Shown: piece by piece, positions 1 through 11,500 of the stretch
Position numbering within the stretch: the stretch's first letter is position 1
Layout: each line of letters begins with the position of its first letter
From: Podarcis cretensis
Taxonomy: Eukaryota
Assembly (NCBI GenBank): GCA_951804945.1
Contig: OX638152.1
Coordinates: 72,478,001 to 72,542,000 of the forward strand
Reading direction: 5' to 3'
Length of the DNA: 64,000 nucleotides
Made by a program: the position numbers and the translations under genes
The notes under the pieces: generated by a model
Told to the model about the DNA's origin: nothing
What the model saw: only the letters and a program-made list of their open reading frames with translations
Database searches by the model: none

Positions 1-399
1 TCGGTGGGGAAGTAGGGAGAAAAAGAAAGAAAGAAAGCCCCAAGCTCGCTGGTGCCTCTCGTTTCAAAGTGTTCAAAGAGAGAAGCGCCGAGAGGACAGA
101 AGCGCTCCAAGTTCCCTGTTCTGTTACCCTGCTTTCCATTCCTTCGCTTTTCACTTGCTTCTTCAATAAGAGTTCCTGGATTTACTGCCTAACAGGGGTG
201 AGGAAAACAGAGAATAGATCTTGGGAAGAATTCCTGAGCTCCCGTTTTGTTTTGTTTCCCTCCCCATTTTTTTTAAAAAAAAAAATCTTAAAATGTGTAT
301 CTATTTTCCGCCCCTTCTTCTCCTCACATCCCCACTTTCCTCGGATTGATGCATCTCAGAACTGGGAGTTGCAGAACCAGGAAGGAAGACTGCTGAGCT

Positions 400-700
400 C
401 GGCTCAAAGCGCGCACCTTCGGGGTGGGGTGTGAACCACGTTTGCGCGCAGCTCTGGAGTCCACGGAAGAGGAGACCCAGAAAGGCGCTCGAGGCGGGGG
501 CGTCGGCGGGGGTGGGGTGTTGCTCGGGCAGGCAGGCGAAGCGCCCGCCCGTGGCACTAGCTGTTCTTTGCTATTCGTCGACAGGATGGATCCTGCAAGC
601 AACAGTGTCTGACACTCTTGGCCAACAGTAGGTAATCTCTCGCGCGCTCTCCACCTCTTGCATGGCTTGCTGCGCCTCCCGAATGCAATCTTGCTGAAGG
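400..700 (+). promoter_or_regulatory. MXRA5: CpG/GC-rich putative promoter and non-coding first exon of MXRA5
   Basis: Dense CpGs and GC boxes (GAGGCGGGGG, GGCGGGGG, GCCCGCCC). Candidate donors are CA|GTAGGT (627/628) or AG|GTAATC (631/632). The first coding exon has an acceptor upstream of its ATG, so an upstream exon must exist. The exact TSS cannot be determined. Confidence 0.55.
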
Positions 701-2643
701 AGACTCCTCCTGCCCCGTAGTCAAACAGCCTCAACTGCTTTTGGCATTATATTTTGTTTGAAAGAGAGAGAATAAATTGCACAAGCTCGTGGACTTGCAG
801 TTGTTGCTTTGGAACGATTAGAAAGGACTGGAACTTTGTCTGGCTTAGTTTGAATTTCACAATCCTCCCCTCTGTTGTTGTTGTGTTTGAAAGGTCGGGA
901 TGAAATGTGGAATTGAAACTCACTTTCGAGAGATGGAAGTGGGGCTTTCTCCCTCCCCCCTTCTCTTTTTCTTTCTTTCTCTTTTTCTTCCCTCTCTCTT
1001 TCTTTCCCCAAGGGATATATCGCTGTAATGACTCAGTGAATTAAGGACATTCTTCTCTAATGAGAAGCATGTGCCCTCCAAATGAAGCTAGGAGTGGAAA
1101 TCACATCCAGCTCAGGTATCCCTTAAACAGTGTAGCTCTCAGGCACATCACCTTCAGCTGCCCTGAGAAGGGCTGGGGAAATAATCAGCCTTCCTTCTTT
1201 CACCACCTACTCCTTCTCCCGCCTCCAGGAGGAAACCTGAGGCCGCCTTTGGGGGATAAATCCTTGGACTTGATCCCACCACAGCCCCTGCCCAGACAAA
1301 AGGCACATGCAGGATGGAGTGTCGTGAAATCATCTGCAGAGGGATCGACACAAGACGGTCCTTTGCCCATCCAGAAGTTAAGCTCTCTCTGACTTCACCC
1401 TGTCTGGTCTCCCAGATTCAATGTGTCTTCCTTTGCATCATCAGCACTGTGTTTATATATAGCTCTTTAGAGTATTCAGAGCCTTCCTAGCACCTCATAC
1501 ATTATCTCAATAATCCTGCTTTCTGGACCCTTAAGGTCTCTGCCTAGGTAATAACTCTAAACAATCTCTAGGGGGCGGTGGGAAACAGTATGAATGCTGA
1601 GATGGAATGGGGCAAGCAGGATTTCAAAGCAGTAATTTCCCCTCCTGTCTTACGTTTCCTCTTTTTTCTCACCCTTTCCCCCAACTTCTCTGTTTTAGAG
1701 AGCAAAGAAGATGTTTGGAGTTGCAGAATGTCCCCTGCAGATGCAGGGATGCTTCTAATAATCCAATTCAAGCACATCACCCACCAGTTTGTACCACTTT
1801 GCCAAAGTTTTCTACTCTCAGGGGTACACATCTAGGGCAGTGTTTACATGTGGCCCTCAGAGTGGTGGCTGTCAGTGTGGCCCTCAAGCTGAAAATGGAG
1901 GGTCACCCCAATCTAAGCCAATATCTCTTTATCCCTGTCACATGTTAGTGCCTTTGCACATCGCCATCACCTATAGGCCACTTTTCAATAGGAGAGCTTT
2001 GGTAATTAGATCCAAGTATTATATTCCTTCTCTTATTTTGGTACCCTTGGAATTGCTTGTTCATTGCTTCCCTGGTTTTATAGAGTTACAGGCTTAGAAG
2101 AGATCAAAAGTCATCTAGTTCAAACCACTTTCCCTCTCCACAGAGCCTACCTCCACAGAGCTTAAATTAATATTTCAGTTATTTTATTTATTACAGTTGC
2201 ATCCCACCCTTCTGCTGACGAGCTCAGAGTAGTGTATATAGATCACCAGCTTCCGAGGGCGTTTGGGGGTCCAACGTGATGAGGGTGACACCACATGTGA
2301 TGCAACATCCTGATGTGACACATGTGATGTGGAGAGGAGCTGGGAGCAGAGTCAAAGGTGGGGGCTGCGAGGCTTCAATGGCCAGTCACTCCACCTCCTC
2401 CTGGCTCCACCACTGACAGAAGGCTGCTTCCAACCTCCTTCTCTTCCATGGCAGGAGGAGGAAGAGTTTGCCACTGGAGCTGTGCCACACTTAGCTCATC
2501 ATTGGGCAGCCCTGATTGGGCAGCCCTCCCAAAAGATATTAGGGGAGACAAAACAGCTCAGCCCCCAGGAGCCGGCATCCCTGAGCCTTTGAGTTCCAGT
2601 GACTTGCCCACTAATTAATCTTTATAGGTCGGAGGCAAGTGTA

Positions 2644-2894
2644 CAGTCGTACCTTGGATCCCGAATGCCATGGAACTCAGACTTTTCGGCTTCCAAACAC
2701 CGCAAATGCGGAAGTGTTTGTTCCGGTTTGCAAACGTTCTTTTGGAACCTGAATGTCCAGTGGGGCTTCCACAGCTTCTGATTGGCTGCAAGAGCTTCCT
2801 GCAGCCAATCAGAAGCTGCGATTTGGTTTTTGAATGTTTTGGAAGACGAACGGACTTCTGGAATGGATTTCATTCGACTTCCAAGGTACAAATT
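2644..2894. mobile_element. Tc1/mariner-type non-autonomous element (MITE), right TIR eroded
   Basis: TA|CAGTCGTACCTTGG...CCAAGGTACaaatt|TA. Carries an internal palindrome CAGCTTCTGATTGGCTGCA...TGCAGCCAATCAGAAGCTG. Same family as 63265-63856. Confidence 0.75.
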
Positions 2895-3209
2895 TAAAGC
2901 TTTCTAACTAGAATGGTGGTTATTCACTGTTGGTTGTATTTTACTACTTGGTTGTGCCCTTCTACCACAACACCCCCTCTGATGTAGACTGGATCTCTGC
3001 TTGTGTCATAATGTGGTCTGCTGCTCTTCAACCCACGACCTCTCTTTACACATCCTCTGTTTTTTGGTCTCCTGTGCACCAAGCCCAGATTCCTAGACTT
3101 GACTCTATCTAGCATGCTACTTGGCTTCCTTCTATTGATCACCACTTTTCAAAGTCAACATCAGGTTGGCTAGAAACAAAGGGGAAACGGGCTCCTGTAA
3201 CTCTTAAAA

Positions 3210-3415
3210 CAAAGCTTTCCAAATTTTTCATTTTGGTGACACATTTTTTGGACATGCCTCATTTCACTATACAGTAATCCAGCTTTACTATCAAACCAGA
3301 GGCTAAGCTAACCCCTTTCCAGCCCTGGGAGGAGTGTAGGGCGCATTCGCGTGACACACCTACACACTGTAGCCGACACACTAACATGTCATGGCACACA
3401 TTATGGAAATCTCTG
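3210..3415. mobile_element. hAT (Charlie-like) MITE
   Basis: Imperfect TIRs CAAAGCTTTCCA / TGGAAATCTCTG. Flanks CTC(T)TAAAA / CTCTAAAT resemble an 8-bp TSD. Confidence 0.5.
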
Positions 3416-5309
3416 CTCTAAATGCTACATAAGCTTGCAGATTTTGGCAGGGGCTCCTTTTCTTACTCATGTAACATAATAGCATGACAAGCTGCCTTTG
3501 CTGAAATTCCTTCTTCTGTATGAGCGTTAAGCACCCTAGCAGTCACCAACCACCAAACTGCTAATAAAACAAGGTCCTTGGCCCTTTCAATGCTGTTTAT
3601 ATCCATTACAAGCTAGAGAAATTTAGGAGAAGTGTTTTTTCCTGTCAAGCACAGTGCAGGTACAGGACAGGACACAGTGCAGATACATTCTTTCTGCCCT
3701 GTGATTATTAAAAAGTGCAAATTCACCTTCAACCTTACTAGAAACTCAATAGCAGCCTCACTGGTCACTCTCATCCATGAAGCAGGTTTTGCTGTGCTTC
3801 CCAACTACTGAGTAGCAGATTCGCGTAGCAAATGATATCAAGTGCTTCTGTTTATTGTGGACCTGGTGGTGCTCATGAATGCCTGTTTTGTGCAACGTTC
3901 ACTTGGCATTGTCGTCCTCAAATTCCACCCTACATTATTTTTTCCATTTAAATCAGATTTTCCACAGAAAACTCAATTAAGTTAAAAAACACACCAAACA
4001 AACCACTAAACTGGTAAATTCACATTAAATGGGGTGGGGAAGCTCAGATGGCATTTTGATGAGGACCCTGCAAAGTCTTCCATGCATGAGCATCACCAAA
4101 TCCTCAATAAACTGCTGTATGGAAGTGTCCTGTCATTTGGCTCATTTGAAGCATTTATATGTCCATTATTGGCTTTGACCCAACTTCCAGTGGACTATAC
4201 ATCAAGGTATGTTTAGGAGGCATGGTGCTGTCTCTGCTGACCCTACACCTAACATGCACATCCCCTCCTGCTCAGTCCCCAATCTTGTCCTGTTGAGCTG
4301 GCACAGTCTGAATGAGACTTGAACTAGAGTTTGCTTGAAAGCGAGTAGAAACCTCTGTGTGATTGGGCACTCTCCTTCATCAGTATGCCTGGTAGCTCAA
4401 GCAAATATGAGTAAAAGAAACACCTTCAGACCTCTCCTGCTCAACAAAGGGAAGGATCAGGAAAGAAGCAGGTGCATCAGAACTTACCTGGACATTGGGG
4501 CCAGGCATTGTGTGTGCATCCCTCACCACCACTACTACCAGACCCCAACTTGAGCATATGTGTCCCTCCATGCCAATCTCTGCCATCAGAGACTGGAGTA
4601 CCACTCTTCTGGCATGGAGCTCCCCATTCTGCCTCCCAAATGTGCAGTCAGAAGAAAGTACCACCTGTGGGATCCCCACCTGCAGAAAGTCTCCAAATGA
4701 GGCATTCTGGGGGAAGGAGTGAACTGGCCTCACTGCTTTCACTCATCAGCATTGAGCCTGATCACTGTGCAAGCTCTAGGTTAGCACAGCAATTCCCCTG
4801 TGCTCTGCCTACCACCCTGACTGGTGAAAGCAGCAGGGGTGCAGAGGTGATGATGTCTCTGCTGCCCACCTGGGATTTGGATTGTTCTGTCCACCGGTAA
4901 TTGTGTTTCTGAATGTTTGAATACGTTGCTTCTTTTTTTATCACACATCTTCTCGAGAAAAAGACATAGATAAGCAGCATATTACAAAGAATATTAAGAG
5001 AAGGCATTAATTAAGAAACAGAAATACCTATGTGAAGTCCCTGTGTGATTCAACAATTATTCTCATTGCAATCATCTTCTAAACCCAGAACCAGTGCAAA
5101 TGTCAGCATTTATACTGTGATGGGGTTAGATGACATCACACAGAGCTCTCTGGTTAAATTAGTAGTTGATTTCCTGCTACAATTGCTAGTCTTCATATAT
5201 AGCTTCTCGATCATTCATATTTTAAATGTTCATTTCTGTGTAATATGAACTTGTGAATTTTAAAAAGCCATTATTTCTAGTCAGTACGTGTTTGCCATTG
5301 TGCCAAATG

Positions 5310-5493
5310 TAGGAAGCATAGGAACCTGCCTAATACCAAGTCAGACTATTGGTCCATCTAGCTTAGTCGTGTCTGTACTGTTTGGCAGCTGCTCTTCACG
5401 GGTTCAGGCAGGAGTCTGAAGATTCCAGGGACTGAACCTGGGATATTTTTGCATACAAAGCATGTGCTCTGCTACAGAGCTACAGCTTTTCCC
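5310..5493 (-). mobile_element. tRNA-derived squamate SINE (Squam3-like)
   Basis: The reverse complement shows a tRNA-like head (GTAGCTC...AGAGCA...CCCAGGTTCAGTCCCTGG) and a TTCCTATGCTTCCTA tail. Related to the copy at 9147-9317. Confidence 0.65.
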
Positions 5494-6174
5494 TAGGGTC
5501 TTCCATCTGTAGGGGTGGAAGGCATTGTGACGGCATAATGCATTTTCCATTGTTATGGATCTTCTTATTTAAAAGGAAGAAAGAAACCTCGTGGTACATC
5601 ATTTTCCACTTAGAGGCCTGAGCCCAGGATTTTGAGTAGGAAGTCATCTTTTGATGTTGTAACTTCTGTCTGACTCTAAGCAGGAATTATATGAATAGAA
5701 GTAGATGTTTATTAGTCCTCTAAAGAAAAGAAAATCTGTAAAATATTGATATGCATTAAAGAAACACTGTGTTAAGTACAAAGTTCTTTGACGTGCCATG
5801 GAGTTATTTTTTAAAGAAGGGGCAACTATTGTATTAACCTGACCACAGACATTTGAGAAGCCCCTTCAGCCTCTTGAACCACTGCTTTAGAGTCATAATG
5901 GCTTACATATGATGCTGATAGGAAAGGAATGACAGCCTTATTGCTTGCAGATCTAAGAACTTCGGAGTATACACAAAGAAATAGCTTTGTAGAGGCTAAT
6001 GGCTCAATCCCATGAGCCATTTTTCTGGGGAAGCGGCTTGTAGGGATCAGGAATGAGAATTCCAGCATGGATGTGGGACTATAACTCACCAGTTGCTCCA
6101 GAGCTTCAAACAAGCTTATGGCAAAGCCGCTCTTGTGCTACTCCTTGACTCACACACAGCCATGTAAGGATGTC

Positions 6175-6486
6175 TGTTGACGGAAAACAAACCAGGTCAT
6201 GGATGGCATAGCAGAATCAAGGGAAGGGCAAACAGGAAGGGAACAAGTAAACAGAAACAGGCAAGAGTCATGGAGAATTAGATCAAAATGGCCTGGGGTG
6301 AGCTTACATCCGAAGAGCGGGTGGGGCTAACTGGTGAATAGGAGGAATTTGAGAGGCACATAGGGAGTTGAGCTCTGATTTAACTCAGATTGGCTCAGAG
6401 TAAGCAAAGCTTATTGTTTGAGGAAATAGGTCAGATTATTCTAAGGAAGTTCAAGGAGAATGGGGAAGATCCTTCCTTGCTTGACA
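6175..6486. mobile_element. Possible short solo LTR in MXRA5 intron 1
   Basis: TG...CA termini (TGTTGA...TTGACA) flanked by the direct repeat TGTC (6171-6174, 6487-6490). A-rich + strand. The short TSD could be chance. Confidence 0.35.
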
Positions 6487-6982
6487 TGTCATCGGTCTTT
6501 TTCATACTTTGCACCAGCCACGGGTAGTATTAGGAGTTATCCATCCATACAGCCATGCTTCAGCTGCAGCAGAGCAAGTAAATGCTCACAGTACTTTATC
6601 TAAACCTCATTCATTGGCTCTAAATGTTTAAGATCTGCCTTTTGGTTATTTAATGGGTATGAACTTGTGTTAAGTCTTAAGTATATGGGTGTGTTCTGCT
6701 CCCACTTGTTACTTCCTTTGTGTATGTTTATGAGAAGAGTGCTTGCGGGTGGTTTCTTCCACGTTGGGGTTAATTTGGTAGCAGTGTTTTAAGTGTGATG
6801 GATCTAGGTTCTTCCTTAGCCGCCTTCACATGTTACTCCATGAAGGGATTCCACACGCTTAAGGATGTAGTGAGGTCGTCAAACTGGCCACATGAAATGC
6901 AGAGTATCTAAATAGTCATGTTTGACATCTATTTAAAAATTAAACTAGTTCTCTGTCTTTTGAATTAAACAGATATAGTGAG

Positions 6983-7188
6983 ATGAATAAATTGGTGAAG
7001 ATGCTAAAGCAAACATATTTGGGGGCACTATCCGTGGTGCTGATTCTCACTCTCGGGCTTCCGGAAACTACACTTGCGTGTCCTCATCCATGCGCCTGTT
7101 ATGTTCCCACTGAAGTTCACTGCACATTTCGGTCCTTAGCAGCTGTGCCAACGAGAATCTCTAAACATGTGGAACGAATCAATTTGGG
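6983..7188 (+). CDS. MXRA5: MXRA5 coding exon 1: signal peptide + LRRNT
   Basis: Acceptor TTAAACAG| (exon starts 6973); in-frame ATGs at 6983 and 7001. Encodes ...GALSVVLILTLGLPETTLA-CPHPCACYVPTEVHCTFRSL...ERINLG. Donor GG|GTTTGT, phase 2. Confidence 0.93.
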
Positions 7189-8933
7189 GTTTGTATTGCA
7201 ATTTTACTGTGGCATTTTACATTCTTTGAGAGTTCATCCCACTAGTTTGAAGCATTGTGCATCACATGAGCTGCAATGTGATACCATTACTGTACCGATT
7301 AAAAGCCTTCCATAAAGAGGAGCATTTATGGGAATTGATCTAAAACTACTGTGATCTACCTACATTTATATTTAACATTTTTGCGAGACCCAGATAAATC
7401 CTACTGATTTGTCTACAGTATATGACCAACACAATGAGCCAATGGTGAATGTGCATTAGCATTTGCTGTCTTGCTACAAACCTTTCTCCTGCCCACATCA
7501 CGATCACTTCATTTTCAGAGGGGAGATAACAATTGTTGAAGCACTAATAATCACTTTGTATCCTTTTTGGAAAATAGATCTCCAGTTTCAGTTGAACTTG
7601 CTTTCTTGCTCACTTCTTACGTGTCAACCCTACCAGTCTTGTTTCTTCTAAGCTCTTAAACAAAGACCTTACCCAGCTAATTTTATATTTACCACACTTG
7701 AATGGTCATGAACTACTTGATAAGCTGTACTCTCTGTGTGTCTATGTCCCAGCAATTTCCTTCCCTTGCTTTGCGCCAGAATTTCCTACTTTCTCTAGAC
7801 TCTAGAGCATCTGCTCTTACTACCACCATTGCTATTGCTTTTATCCTTTCTTCTGCCTCTGTTTACCTGGGTTGTGACTCTCCTCCTGCCTACATTGGGG
7901 TTCTCCCCAAATCAATTGCTAAATGTGTGCACAGACCACTTAGACAAGCAGCATCCCATTTTGCCTACAAGACTCAAAATATACAGAAATAATTGCTGTA
8001 CTACTGTCTCTGATGCTGCTTCCCTAAATGATGCCATATTGTAATGGTAGCCTACAAAAACCAAGAGAATAACCACAACCCTCCACAGTGGCTGCTGTGT
8101 AGCATTCAAGGAGAGGAGCCACAGAAGTCATGAGAGCATTTTCATGTTTCTCTTCATTAGTTGTTCTGCAGTGCTACTGTGATTGCGACAGAGGTTAAAA
8201 GATGGCCTTCTAATAATGAACCATGGCTTTATTTCTTTAATATGCTCCCTTCAGTAGTTGAGACAACTACAGTGAAACTTTAGTAAAATGCAAATGCACT
8301 GAGAGTTAATTGATTGGCCTGTCAAAGGGCAAGCGATTAATCAACTCAGCATTTTTTAATCAGTTTGCAGCCTGAGTTTCTAGATTCACAGTTTTGCAGT
8401 TTCAAAACCACATATTTATCTTAACAGTTAAATACCTAATTACATGCTATATGTGCAAATCTAGCAGTTTAGCTAGTAGCTGTGGTTTTCTGGTTCCAGA
8501 AACTGCTTGGCAGGCATCCATGTTTAAATGTCCTCTGCACAAAACATTATTCATTTATTGTTACATGTTCTGTTGGCATCCTTGAACGCCTACTGGTTGC
8601 CAGTCTCCATATCATCATAGGTTGGATCCCTGCCACTGACTAATATATCCAGCACATGGAGAACCCTGTCCAGAAAAGCCTTTTCTAATTAATTGATAAT
8701 TCCATTAATTTAAGCTCCAACTGAATTGTGTGTGTGTGTGTGTGTAGCCAAAGAAGCATAAAACTTACTTTTAACACATGAAATACCAGGTCTTGTTAAA
8801 ATGCTTCATTAACTTTGTCAGGTTAAGTGTATGATTTATGAATAACCCAAAGGTGCCTAAAAATGTCTGGTTTACTCAATGCAAAATGATGATTCAACAC
8901 TTAAATGTGGTTCTCCCCACCCCCCCCCTCCAG

Positions 8934-9063
8934 GTTTAACAGCATACAGGCAATATCTGGAAACTCGTTTGCAGGCCTTGCAAAACTGGAACTGCTCATG
9001 CTTCATGGGAATGACATCCAAAACATACCTAACGGAGCCTTAAAAGATCTGACATCGCTACAG
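8934..9063 (+). CDS. MXRA5: MXRA5 coding exon 2: LRRs
   Basis: Poly-C tract + CAG| acceptor. Encodes FNSIQAISGNSFAGLAKLELLMLHGNDIQNIPNGALKDLTSLQ. Donor CAG|GTTGAG; 130 nt, phase 2 to 0. Confidence 0.95.
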
Positions 9064-9146
9064 GTTGAGTCAAAATGTTTCTTCTTAAAATAACAACAGT
9101 TTCAGTCTATTAGCTGTGTTCCCACAAAGCCCAGATGTGCATACAT

Positions 9147-9317
9147 GGGGAAGGAGTAGAGCATCTGTGTTGCATGTAGAAGACCCCCAAGTTCAATCTG
9201 TGACATCTCCACACAGGGCTGGGGGTGTCCATTGCCCGAAAGCCTAGAGAGCTGCTAAATGGCAATACTGAGCTGGGTTAACTGATGGTCCAAAGACAGT
9301 TTTGTATGCTTCTATGG
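9147..9317 (+). mobile_element. tRNA-derived squamate SINE (Squam3-like), degraded
   Basis: GTAGAGCATCTG..TTGCATG.AGAAG...AAGTTCAATC...CATCTCCA...GAGAGCTGCT...CAATACTGAGCT...GCTTCTATG. Confidence 0.6.
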
Positions 9318-9789
9318 AATTAGTATAAACAGTGACTGCCTGGTCGTTGGTGGCATTGGAGAAAGCTATATAAGATACATGATCAGAAGCTCCTGCATAC
9401 ACCCACAAACACCCACACACCCACACCTGTAGTCTGCATTATTAAACCATGTTTGTTAGTGGGTACACACACACACACACACACAGTAGCACACAGTAGC
9501 ACACAGTAGAGCAGTCACTTTCATTCCTCACATATGTAGAAGTTCCTGAATCAGACACAGTTCTGTGGCTCTAATCCACATAAAGTCAACCATACTGTAT
9601 GTACATCCTACTGAAATACATTTTGCTGTGTCTTAAGTAAATCTTGCTTATTTTGATGGGACTGAAGTGTGGCTACATTTGTCTAGTCTGGGCCACTATA
9701 TTCTCCTGTATTGTTGTATGTGTGCCTCTTCTGCAGTGCCATGTTACTACTAAAAAGTATTAACCTATTCATTTTACCTGGCCATTTAG

Positions 9790-10180
9790 GTATTCAAAAT
9801 AAGCTACAACAAGCTGCAGGTTATAACTGGTCAAACCCTCCAAGGGCTTTCCAGCCTTATGAGATTGCACATGGACCACAACCGAATTGAATTCATCCAC
9901 CCAAATGCTTTTAATGGATTAACTTCCCTCAGACTTCTCCATTTGGAAGGAAACTTGCTCCAACAGCTTCACCCCAACACGTTTTCTACATTTTTGGTCC
10001 TTGATTATTTCAGGCTGTCAACAATAAAGCACCTCTACTTATCTGAAAATGCCATTAGAACACTGCCTATGGGCATTTTTCAAAAAATGCCACTCCTAGA
10101 GAATGTTTATCTTCATGGGAACCCCTGGTCTTGTGACTGCAGGTTAAAATGGTTCCTTGAATGGAATCAGAAGTTTGCAG
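9790..10180 (+). CDS. MXRA5: MXRA5 coding exon 3: LRRs + start of LRRCT
   Basis: Acceptor TTTAG|GTATTC. Encodes VFKISYNKLQVITGQTL...GNPWSCDCRLKWFLEW. Donor CAG|GTAAGG; 391 nt, phase 0 to 1. Confidence 0.95.
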
Positions 10181-10286
10181 GTAAGGGAAGATCATAGTTG
10201 TTGTTTTACTACATTAGAAATAGACTCCGGCAGAAATTATCACAGAAATATTGCCTTCCTTTGTTGGCCTATACTCAGGGGCTGGG

Positions 10287-10353
10287 TATGTATGTATGTA
10301 TGTATGTATGTATGTATGTATGTATGTATGTATTTATTTATTTATTTATTTAT
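10287..10353. repeat. (TATG)n-(TATT)n compound microsatellite
   Basis: Directly visible. Confidence 0.95.
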
Positions 10354-11500
10354 ATATAAACCTTAAAAACTGCCTTTCCATAATTCATAAGAACATAAGA
10401 AGACCCTGCAATTTCATGCCAATGGCACACATAGTCTAGGACCTGACCAACCAACCAAACCAATGGAAAGTGTTAAAAATATATAAGTGAATACACCTGA
10501 ACTGGTCCTGAGATATTTCTCCAAGCCAATTGGGCACTATTTGAATAGCAAAGTACACTATAAGGGCCAAACTACACATTATGCTAAATACATAGCATGC
10601 CGTTCTGTCTTCCCTTCTGTGGGTCCCAGTTCTGCTGGTATCCCTCCCCTCCCCAGATGCAGTCTAGACAAACCACATAGTTACAAGGCTTAGGGAAAAA
10701 AGTGCCAAAATTGAAGACACAACTGCAGGCTACATACTGGGCCTTAAAGGCATGATTTGGGTGTTGGGAGGCTGATTCTTTCATGTATTTCTGATGTTGT
10801 AGAGCAGTTAGCTCAACAGAACCAACTTAATTGGGGAACTTTCCATTCTAAAGAAAAGGGTATTTTCTATCTCTTCTCTTTGGGACAATGATAGCAGTCA
10901 GGCATACACATGTTTCAGAATGTGGTGGCCCAGTTCAGAAATGGCAGAGGGGACTGTACTATTTCAGGTGCTCAGGGAGTTCAACCCTCCTCGGAGCAGC
11001 CATATCTCTACCTGTCCCATACCGAATATCACATATGATGTCAGATGTGGGGAAAGTGGCCACAGCATGAGAAAAATGGCATCTTGGATCAAATGGAGGT
11101 GCCTGGTAGGCCAAGTTTGACCCATAAACTGGAGGCTCCCTATTCCTTATTTAAATGTTTTAAATAGCATTTATCAAGCTCCCAAGCTGCAGAATTAATG
11201 CTTGTGAAACCAATAGCTATTGCTGTTGGGTCGAATTTCTGGAGGACAGTAGTATGATAGGGCAGAAGGATATGAATAGTCAGAAGGAAAGTTCTTGCAT
11301 TTCTTATTCCATATGATGATACCTTCAGTTAGAATTCTCTTCCTAGTTCTATCCTCTAAACCAAGGCATCTGAAAAAAAAATATCAATAGGCTGTACAGG
11401 CCAATTGATAGAGTGTTGTATAGGCAAAACTTTGAGATAAAATATTTCTCTGTCAAAATTCCATCTGACTTTTAGATTATTATTAATTTTTGTCTTCCAG

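Noticed and set aside
1029-1035. AP-1 site TGACTCA near the promoter
   Set aside because: A single 7-mer is expected several times by chance in 64 kb; no clustering.
2244-2641. Possible TIR element CACCAGCTTCCGA...TCGGAGGCAAGTG
   Set aside because: TIR match is only 10/13 and there is no convincing TSD; plausible but not supportable.
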